Shown one piece after another: positions 1 to 6,625 of a stretch of 8,093 nucleotides of DNA (position 1 is the first letter of the stretch; every line of letters starts with the position of its first letter). The DNA is from Amoeboradix gromovi X-113. Taxonomy: Eukaryota > Fungi > Sanchytriomycota. The position numbers and the translations under genes are program-made. The notes below the pieces were generated by a model, which was not told where the DNA came from, did not search any database, and worked only from the letters and a program-made list of their open reading frames with translations. Location of the stretch: positions 1 to 8,093 of the forward strand of contig JADGIF010000467.1 in NCBI GenBank assembly GCA_018985225.1. The letters are read 5' to 3'.

Positions 1-174
1 ACCTTTTGCTTAGATGCTCAAAGACCTCATATATTTGAAAGAGATGTAGGGTCTTCTAGTTTTATTTTGAAGAGGGGATTGAAAGCAATGAAAGAAAATT
101 GGTACTATAGAAGATCTTTTATTAATGATAGCATTTCATCCGTATGGAGCACCTTTAAAAACGAGTTAGTCTAG
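1..174 (+). CDS. 3' end of a Fanzor (eukaryotic TnpB-like, probably Fanzor1-type) ORF, partial
   Basis: Frame +1 is open from base 1 to TAG 172-174: TFCLDAQRPHIFERDVGSSSFILKRGLKAMKENWYYRRSFINDSISSVWSTFKNELV*. With copy 2 upstream sequence (EYRLRKCTFC) this resembles the Fanzor C-terminal pattern ..LxxCxxC....RDxxxxxxI (second Zn knuckle + RuvC-III Asp). Whether the upstream part is intact cannot be seen. Confidence 0.6.
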   Translation, partial: TFCLDAQRPHIFERDVGSSSFILKRGLKAMKENWYYRRSFINDSISSVWSTFKNELV

Positions 175-193
175 TTTTTATATTTGGTGTCCC
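1..193 (+). mobile_element. Right part of a TIR transposon carrying a Fanzor/TnpB-like C-terminus (copy 1, truncated by window start)
   Basis: Colinear with 6400-6592 over 193 nt and with the reverse complement of 7997-8093. Ends in the TIR ...gagttagtctagtttttatatttggtgtccc (163-193). Confidence 0.85.
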
Positions 194-469
194 AAATAAA
201 AGATAAGACCAGCAAGGTGAAGGAAAACGCGGATAAACTGTTAGAATTCTTTGCCAATAAAAGATTATATGCAAACACTGGAGGATAGAGACATGTATAC
301 ACATCTATTAGTCCTGAATAGCGGAAAAGGAAATTGGTCTAAAATTAAACTATTTGAAGAAATTGAGTGGTATGTTGAACAATGGGATGAAAAAGAAGAT
401 ATTGTTGTCGAGAAAGAGTTTATTGACTCAATGAAATTCAATTTAACTGTTGAACTGATAGCACAATAG
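194..469 (+). pseudogene. Possible disrupted host coding fragment of unknown product
   Basis: Protein-like reading (IKDKTSKVKENADKLLEFF, frame +1) starts right at the transposon end and continues after an apparent frameshift near 250 into the 251-469 ORF (TTG start only). No family recognised. Confidence 0.25.
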
Positions 470-519
470 ACAATTAACTACTACATTTTAATCTCACTCA
501 ATACATGTAATCAAAACAT

Positions 520-603
520 GGAACACCGAATATAAAAAACTACACAATAATTATGATTCGGTCGACTAAAAATAACTGACCTAGTTTTCATGTTTGATAT
601 TTT
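520..603. mobile_element. Degenerate ~84-bp mini-MITE made of two inverted TIR relics of the same family
   Basis: From 520, ggaacaccgaatataaaaaactacacaa resembles the TIR gggacaccaaatataaaaactagactaa. 567-603 taaaaataactgacctagttttcatgtttgatatttt aligns to the copy-2 right end with one gap and only transition mismatches. Confidence 0.55.
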
Positions 604-749
604 AATTGGTACTTAATACTAAAAAACCTAATATAAAAGAGCCCCTTATACGTTAACATAGAATATCACAAAATCATGTTTTCCGAAGTTGTCTAGTTAT
701 TGTAGTGTCCTAAATGTCTTCAATCCTAAAAAACTCACACAGAGTACAT

Positions 750-899
750 GGACTGCAAAAACTGGACTAAATTATATTTGCAAAACAAAGTATATCTCTA
801 CCTGGATAATAGGCTGAATATTCAAATAATCACAAATTCTACGCCAATCAAGTCTTTTTCATTTTGCTAGCAGAAATTAGTTCACTGTATTTATAGCCT
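750..899. mobile_element. Possible degenerate MITE of a related TIR subfamily
   Basis: 750-772 ggactgcaaaaactggactaaat shares aaaaactggactaa exactly with the 6154 TIR. An imperfect inverted partner lies at ~874-899, and CAT flanks both sides (747-749, 900-902). A similar end-like relic lies at ~686-711. Confidence 0.35.
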
Positions 900-1124
900 C
901 ATTGGTATTGGATGGCCGATATGCCTGCTTCTGCATCATTGAAATATTCTGGTAATATTTGTGTTGACTACCTTTAGTTCTTCTTACTTTTTCTACTGCG
1001 GTAATAAATGTCAATCAAAACTCTGGAAAAAAAGCGGTTCGAATAAAATAATTCATGTTAATGAGTCAAACGTTGAATTCAACTAAATAGGATACAGAAT
1101 GTCAATCTTCCTGGAGGTCAAACA

Positions 1125-2432
1125 ATGTCAAATAGAATTTTGAGATCCACTCGTATTTTACTACGATCTCTTCATCCTGATCTAGTGGCTACAAATACCT
1201 TGACTGCAGATAAAATCAAACATGATTTATCAACAACTCCAATGCATTTAGAAGCACCTGCAATTGAGTTGAAACCAATAGCTCTTAATTTTGGTCCTCA
1301 ACATCCTGCTGCGCATGGTGTCTTACGATTAATACTCCAGATGCATGGAGAGAAGATAGTCCACGCTGATCCACACATCGGTCTACTTCATCGTGGTACT
1401 GAGAAATTGATGGAGTACAAAACGTATCTACAGGGTTTACCTTATGTTGATAGATTAGACTATTGTAGCATGATGTGCAACGAGCAATGCTACTCATTGG
1501 GTGTAGAGAAGCTTTTAAACATTGAGGTTCCTTTGCGTGCAAAGTACATTCGTACAATGTTTGCGGAAATCACACGAATAATAAATCACATAATGGCACT
1601 AACTACCCATGCATTAGATCTAGGAGCTACAACTCCATTTCTATGGATGTTTGAGGAAAGAGAACGACTGATGGAATTCTACGAGCGTGTATCTGGTGCT
1701 CGAATGCATGCTGCATATATCAGACCAGGAGGTGTGTCCCAAGACATCCCCATAGGCTTATTAGCTGACATACATACTTTCTGTACAACGTTTCCAAGCA
1801 GAATTGACGAGATGGAGGAGTTGCTGAGCGGAAATCGAATTTGGAAGCGACGACTTGTTGGGGTAGGCATCGTCGATCAGGATTATGCCATGGATTATGC
1901 CTTTACAGGACCAATGTTACGCGGTAGTGGGATTCCGTTTGATATCCGAAAGTCTCAGCCATATGATGCCTACGACTTAGTGGAATTTGATATTCCTGTG
2001 GGACGCAATGGCGATTGCTACGACAGATATATGTGCAGAGTAGAGGAAATGAGGCAGAGTATCAGAATCATTGAGCAGTGCGTGAATCAGATGCCGGCAG
2101 GTGACATTAAAATAAACGACAATAAAATTGCACCCCCAAGCAGATTAGAAATGAAGACATCAATGGAAGCATTGATACATCACTTTAAATTGTATACTGA
2201 GGGATACCAAGTGCCCAAAGGTACTACTTATACTTCAATCGAAGGTCCCAAAGGGGAATTTGGAGTGTATTTTGTAAGTGATGGTAGCAGTAGACCTTAC
2301 AGAGTTAAGTTTAGAGCACCTGGGTATGCACATCTTCAGGGGAGTGATCATATGATGAGAGGGCACTACCTTGCAGATGTAGTAGCTATTATTGGTACTT
2401 GTGATGTAGTTTTTGGGGAAGTAGATCGCTAA
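1125..2432 (+). CDS. NDUFS2: NADH:ubiquinone oxidoreductase 49-kDa subunit (NuoD/Nad7 homologue), nuclear-encoded mitochondrial precursor
   Basis: Canonical motifs [68 protein letters not shown] and terminal DVVFGEVDR. Arg/Ser/Leu-rich N-terminus resembles a mitochondrial presequence. Intronless. Confidence 0.98.
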   Translation: MSNRILRSTRILLRSLHPDLVATNTLTADKIKHDLSTTPMHLEAPAIELKPIALNFGPQHPAAHGVLRLILQMHGEKIVHADPHIGLLHRGTEKLMEYKTYLQGLPYVDRLDYCSMMCNEQCYSLGVEKLLNIEVPLRAKYIRTMFAEITRIINHIMALTTHALDLGATTPFLWMFEERERLMEFYERVSGARMHAAYIRPGGVSQDIPIGLLADIHTFCTTFPSRIDEMEELLSGNRIWKRRLVGVGIVDQDYAMDYAFTGPMLRGSGIPFDIRKSQPYDAYDLVEFDIPVGRNGDCYDRYMCRVEEMRQSIRIIEQCVNQMPAGDIKINDNKIAPPSRLEMKTSMEALIHHFKLYTEGYQVPKGTTYTSIEGPKGEFGVYFVSDGSSRPYRVKFRAPGYAHLQGSDHMMRGHYLADVVAIIGTCDVVFGEVDR

Positions 2433-2434
2433 TC

Positions 2435-2440
2435 AATAAA
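2435..2440 (+). promoter_or_regulatory. Polyadenylation signal AATAAA for NDUFS2
   Basis: AATAAA 2 nt after the stop codon; the same arrangement follows the transporter gene (6099-6104). Confidence 0.55.
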
Positions 2441-2990
2441 TTTCGACATTTTTTAATTGCAAGATTAAGCATATACTGGCTTGACATAAATATTGGTCTC
2501 TAGCATAATTGAAACGTATTTCAATTCATCATTTTACTCATTATTTGAATAGTACAAATAGGGCAGCATTTCATCAGCCTACTAGACCAACCGATTCTAA
2601 ATATTTCTACAGTTGGGATTCTCACATGCTAAAAGTAGAAAACAAACACATTGGCAACAATTTATACTTTGAGTCAATTTTTATCTTCATGTAAATCACA
2701 GCTTTTGAACTCTGCAAAATAAATCAATCATCGATAATTGTGTATGTTTCTATGCACCACTTTTATAGTTTTTCAAATATCTTAAATATTCGATATTCTT
2801 GATTTCCCAAATAGTAAATGGAATCAATGGATGTAATTCTGAATATGACAGATCTAAATAAATAAGTAATAGTTACAACATACATCAACGTTGAGGAACC
2901 GGTCCAAGAATAGAACAATAAGATGTCCTTCAATGCCTATAAAGAGATCAACGATAAATAAGCCTTAAAAACATTTATTTAATAATTTTT

Positions 2991-3173
2991 ATGTGGGTTG
3001 TTCCTACCAACTGTGCAAAAACACGATATCTCAACACTTCGTATGAATGTAAAAGTGGCAATCTTAAGAAAACCAATCTGTAGGGTTACAGTTGTACCAA
3101 CTGTCATATTAAGATAGATAGAGACCGTAATTCAGCAATGCTAGTTCTCTGTGGAAAGTCTCAATTTTCTTAG
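2991..3173 (+). pseudogene. TnpB/Fanzor2-like C-terminal remnant (zinc ribbon + RuvC-III)
   Basis: Frame from 2991 reads MWVVPTNCAKTRYLNTSYECKSGNLKKTNL*GYSCTNCHIKIDRDRNSAMLVLCGKSQFS*. This matches the TnpB/IS605-OrfB signature (Y/N)TSxxCx(x)CG...YxCxxC...DRDxN(A/S)A. It has an internal TAG (3081-3083) and Ser in place of one Cys. Confidence 0.75.
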
Positions 3174-3365
3174 AAATCAGGACTTTTAACGAGAAGTACA
3201 TGGAAACAATAAACTAAATAAAATGTTTGTGAATAGTACATAATGAATGTGGCAAGTTTTGTTCACAACTCCTAACTGGTTTTGATCTACGAGAAGATCA
3301 AGAGCTTCCACAGAGCGACTGACATCTGATCTGTTACACCAGGTACTCTCGCTTTGACCAGTCAG
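3121..3365 (+). ncRNA. Candidate structured RNA (putative omegaRNA) overlapping the 3' end of the TnpB/Fanzor remnant
   Basis: Long interrupted helix between ~3121-3180 and ~3276-3350, including perfect ctctgtggaa (3147-3156)/ttccacagag (3306-3315) and attttct (3164-3170)/agaagat (3292-3298). Many deviations are U.G wobbles on the + strand. Boundaries uncertain. Confidence 0.45.
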
Positions 3366-3548
3366 ACACGGGATTGAACATCGATGCACGCACTTAAAAT
3401 ACACGCTCATTGCTGCCATATAGTGTCTTTGTGATTCCAAATGATAATGAAATGAATGAAAGGAAAGTTTTTCGTTTTTTCATTAAGAAAAGCCTAGAAA
3501 GAGAACATACTGGACAGCTGATGTAATCACTGTAGATGACTTGTTCGA

Positions 3549-4544
3549 TTAAACCTGTATCAAGCCGTTCGAAGAATTTTTGGATGACACTCTCGTTTTC
3601 CATTCTCTTTTATAAGGCGTATATCGAACGGTGCAAAATAAAAGTGCGCTATCGATGATGCATCGCACCAAAACAAGCACAAAATCAATTACAGACGCGT
3701 ATTGCCTTGTGAGCTGATTTGATGGAATGTGGAAAGATTCATTAGTGATTAGTTTTGTTCCCACATCGCTAATTTTGTAACTAAAAAGGCTTTGTTTAGA
3801 TGATGTGCTAAACGACTTTCTTCGAGACGAGCTCGATATCTTGTTACTACTTGATACACTTCCAAAATACAGGCCAAGCTGTTTGCACATCGCTAAATTT
3901 GCTATACTGGGACTGTTTTTTAGTGGGTTGTTTGATATATCACAGTTGTCATAAGTCAAACGGCTGGAATCAGTAACAGCGAGGCTGGTAATTCCATTAT
4001 CAGTTATGTAGAGTTTTCTAGGCTTATTAAGCGAGATAGGGCCTGTGAAATGGTTACCGTAACTTTGTTCGGAATAACCAATGACAAGCTCAAATAGACT
4101 TGTTGGCAAGTTGACCACATTTCCGGACAACAAATTGCCTTCAACCCATAGGACTTTCAGGTTTGTCGGTAGGTTATCAGAAATAGTACCGTTCAGTCTG
4201 TTTTCTTGTAAATAGATGTATTCTAAAGTCGTTGGAAACAAGTCCGGTATTTTTCCGATTATCTTGTTGTAGTTCAAATCAAACGTGACTAGAAACTCTG
4301 GAAGCGCCGTACTATTAATACTTCCGTTGAGATTCCCGTATTTTAATGGGAGGTCTCCTCTCCATATAATTGATGTTACTGAGAAAGTATTACAAGTGAC
4401 ACCATCCGCTGTGCAGCAATCTTTTCTAATTTGAGTGTAGGTGTTTGGATAACTTATATCCATGCCAAGCTCTTTTGCCAAGTTGCTGACTTTTTGGCAA
4501 TCTTTTACTGCTCCAAATATAAAATAAACCAAGAAAGAAACCAT
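3549..4544 (-). CDS. Leucine-rich-repeat receptor-like membrane protein (plant-type LRR)
   Basis: Hydrophobic N-terminus; DCCTADGVTC cap like plant LRRNT; repeats LxxxxLxxNxLxGxI (LVTFDLNYNKIIGKIP, LEYIYLQENRLNGTIS, LKVLWVEGNLLSGNV); Ser-rich stalk; hydrophobic segment near the C-terminus; short basic tail; no kinase domain. Confidence 0.85.
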   Translation of the reverse strand: MVSFLVYFIFGAVKDCQKVSNLAKELGMDISYPNTYTQIRKDCCTADGVTCNTFSVTSIIWRGDLPLKYGNLNGSINSTALPEFLVTFDLNYNKIIGKIPDLFPTTLEYIYLQENRLNGTISDNLPTNLKVLWVEGNLLSGNVVNLPTSLFELVIGYSEQSYGNHFTGPISLNKPRKLYITDNGITSLAVTDSSRLTYDNCDISNNPLKNSPSIANLAMCKQLGLYFGSVSSSNKISSSSRRKSFSTSSKQSLFSYKISDVGTKLITNESFHIPSNQLTRQYASVIDFVLVLVRCIIDSALLFCTVRYTPYKREWKTRVSSKNSSNGLIQV

Positions 4545-4851
4545 TAGCAGCGATGGAACTATCCATTTCCAACGCCATTTTTAATTCTCCAATTAGAAGC
4601 CTAAAATTAGGCCTCATCGGCAGGGCTTCAATTTTTGGTACTAGGCCAAGATTTTGCTGTCCTAACAATTTTAACTGCAATCTAAGAGAATTTTGATTCT
4701 CAGTAAAATTAAGTTTTCACTTTTCATCGATATGTATTGGCGAGTCTTGACTTATCGGCTAGTTTGGTAAGATCAGTATTGATGGCATTAGGTAGCCAAT
4801 TAAAATGACCTGGATAAAGTATATAAACCCTACAAGTCAACAATATTAGAA

Positions 4852-5097
4852 ATGAAATTGTTAGCTTTCCTATTAGTTGCTGTTCAAGCTGGAACTTATC
4901 CTCTTCCTCCAAGTGGTCAGAAGCCAACTGGAGAAATTAACACCTCAGTACCGAAACCATCTACTGAACCTGGTAGAATCATGGACAGTCTCAAATATTG
5001 CACATCCTGGATGAAATATTACAATGCTCAGGGTTATAGCATCACAACTTCATCTTGGTGGTTTACCGATTACTGCATGAAGAAATTATACCAATGA
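4852..5097 (+). CDS. Small secreted protein (81 aa), unknown function
   Basis: Signal peptide-like MKLLAFLLVAVQA, Pro/Thr/Ser-rich linker, aromatic-rich C-terminal domain with two Cys; ATG in aaaATG context. Confidence 0.75.
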   Translation: MKLLAFLLVAVQAGTYPLPPSGQKPTGEINTSVPKPSTEPGRIMDSLKYCTSWMKYYNAQGYSITTSSWWFTDYCMKKLYQ

Positions 5098-5194
5098 GTA
5101 AATCTTTTACTTATTAGACTAGTTTTGATTTTTGCGTGCATATTTTAACTGATTTTATTTTTGTTGTCCTAGTTAAGTTCTAAACAGAGGAGCG

Positions 5195-6094
5195 ATGAGA
5201 TATATTTGGCTTTTTTTATATGTTGTAAGTAATATCGCTCTGACCTTACATAATAAGTTCGTGTTAAACCAGTTTGATTATCCATGGTTATTGACTGCTT
5301 TGCACTCAATTATGACGTACATTGGGGTGTCGATGCAGCATTCTCCAACGCAGCTGACCGCTAGAGAATGGAAAACAATATACTACTTCAGCAGTCTATA
5401 CACAGTTAATATTGCAGTCAGTAACTGGTCTCTCCTGCTCTCCAGCGTACATTTTCACCAAATAATTAGAAGTTCAACACCTTTTGTCACTGTCATATTA
5501 AATCTATTTTATGGTAAGACCACACCATTTCAAAAGATTTTAGCTCTTATACCAGTAGTTGTTGGTGTAATGATGTCTGCTGGAGGTGAAGTTGATTATA
5601 CCATTTTTGGATTTATTTTAGTTTGGGTCGGAGTTGTTCTAAGTGCTTTGAAAGGAGTAGTAACTAACCAGGTAATGGTTGGGCCTTTAAAACTGCATCC
5701 TATGGATGCTTTGTTAAAGTTATGCCCGTTAGCTGCTACTCAATGCTTTTTCATCGCAATCATCAATGGAGAGGTAATTAGACTTTTAGACGAGCCGCCT
5801 ACCTACAAAATAGTGTTGAGCTTGGTATTCAATGGATTCATCGCCTATTTGTTAAATGTTGCATCATTTACAGCGAATAAATTAAATGGAGCATTAACAA
5901 TGACTGTGTTTGGAAACGTTAAACAGATCGTGACGATAATACTGAGCGTTGTGATATTTAGTGCCATAATCACACCCATGAATGCTATCGGAATTGCGCT
6001 TACCTTGTTTGGAGGTATTTTGTATAGTTGGACTGATTTTTTGACTCAAAAGTTTAATTATTTACCATTGACTAGACCAAAAGCTTCAGAGTAA
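5195..6094 (+). CDS. Triose-phosphate/nucleotide-sugar transporter family (TPT/SLC35, DMT superfamily) protein
   Basis: Many hydrophobic helices; family motifs LTLHNKFVL..FDYPWLLTALH, NIAVSNWSL..SVHFHQIIRSSTP, LNVASFTANK..GALTMTVFGNVKQ, NAIGIALTLFGGILYS. AATAAA at 6099-6104. Confidence 0.92.
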   Translation: MRYIWLFLYVVSNIALTLHNKFVLNQFDYPWLLTALHSIMTYIGVSMQHSPTQLTAREWKTIYYFSSLYTVNIAVSNWSLLLSSVHFHQIIRSSTPFVTVILNLFYGKTTPFQKILALIPVVVGVMMSAGGEVDYTIFGFILVWVGVVLSALKGVVTNQVMVGPLKLHPMDALLKLCPLAATQCFFIAIINGEVIRLLDEPPTYKIVLSLVFNGFIAYLLNVASFTANKLNGALTMTVFGNVKQIVTIILSVVIFSAIITPMNAIGIALTLFGGILYSWTDFLTQKFNYLPLTRPKASE

Positions 6095-6153
6095 TACCAA
6101 TAAATGACTAGCTGTTTACAACAAAATCTTTTTATTCAGTCTTGATTAACATT

Positions 6154-6592
6154 GGGACATCAAATATAAAAACTGGACTAACTCTCTTAAATAGTTTGAA
6201 TCATTATTTCAAGTGTATTAACCGATAGTAAATTAGACTAATCTAGTTAGTTCAAGTAAATTATTTTAGTATAAAAGCTTCTCATCCATCAAAATCTTAG
6301 AAACAATGACTAATATGAAGAAGAGAAAACAAAAATATGTTATACGAAAGGTGATAAAAAGAAAAACAAACAGATAAAGAATATCGTCTAAGAAAATGCA
6401 CCTTTTGCTTACACTCAAAGACCTCGTACACTTGAAAGGGATAGTGGGTCATCTTGTTTATTTTAAAGAGGTGAATGACATTTATGACAGAAAATTGGTT
6501 TGAAAGAAGGATTTTTATTAATAACAGTATTTCCTCCTTATGGAGTACTTCCTTTAAAAACGACTTGGTCTAGTTTTTATATTTGGTGTCCC
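6154..6592 (+). mobile_element. Complete 439-bp non-autonomous TIR element (copy 2) carrying a decayed Fanzor C-terminus
   Basis: 31-bp TIRs at 6154-6184 (gggacatcaaatataaaaactggactaactc) and 6562-6592, 27/31 identical. Interior 6400-6592 is homologous to 1-193. Flanks att|...|ttt, so the TSD is not clean. Confidence 0.9.
6307..6573 (+). pseudogene. Frameshifted Fanzor-like C-terminal fragment inside copy 2
   Basis: MTNMKKRKQKYVIRKVIKRK / DKEYRLRKCTFCL / QRPRTLERDSGSSC / ILKR*MTFMTENWFERRIFINNSISSLWSTSFKNDLV*. Relative to copy 1 it has -2 and -1 nt deletions and GGA>TGA. Confidence 0.6.
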
Positions 6593-6625
6593 TTTTGTTT
6601 TACATACCGCTGAAACATCGTTATT

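Noticed and set aside
1285-1870. Minus-strand ORFs 1285-1557 and 1679-1870
   Set aside because: Antisense shadows of NDUFS2 with no recognisable features.
2509-2694. 61-aa ORF
   Set aside because: TTG start, short, no motif; no link to the downstream TnpB-like frame found.
2818-2982. Protein-like frame punctuated by TAA/TAG, suggesting TAR-to-Gln recoding
   Set aside because: NDUFS2 ends with TAA right after the conserved GEVDR, other genes also end in TAA, and long ORFs contain no in-frame TAR.
3128-3366. Group I intron core (aattcagca Q-like; gactg/cagtc P7-like)
   Set aside because: No convincing P3/P4 partners, the J8/7 GANA motif is absent, and no interrupted host gene is evident. An Infernal search would settle it.
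3150-3380. RNase MRP/P-like motifs (ggaaagtctc ... acacgggattga) or SRP-like rod
   Set aside because: P1-P3 architecture and the SRP helix-8 motif could not be built convincingly, and the 5' part is better explained as TnpB-like coding sequence.
3186-3603. Minus-strand ORFs 3186-3440 and 3394-3603
   Set aside because: Short, overlap the LRR gene end or the structured region, no recognisable protein features.
4426-4927. Minus-strand ORFs 4426-4680 and 4724-4927
   Set aside because: Overlap better-supported genes; non-ATG starts; no motifs.
5114-5170. Two tandem TIR-like strings (ttagactagttttgatttttgcgtg; ttttatttttgttgtcct)
   Set aside because: T-rich low-complexity matches with no inverted partner; could be relics but cannot be distinguished from chance by eye.
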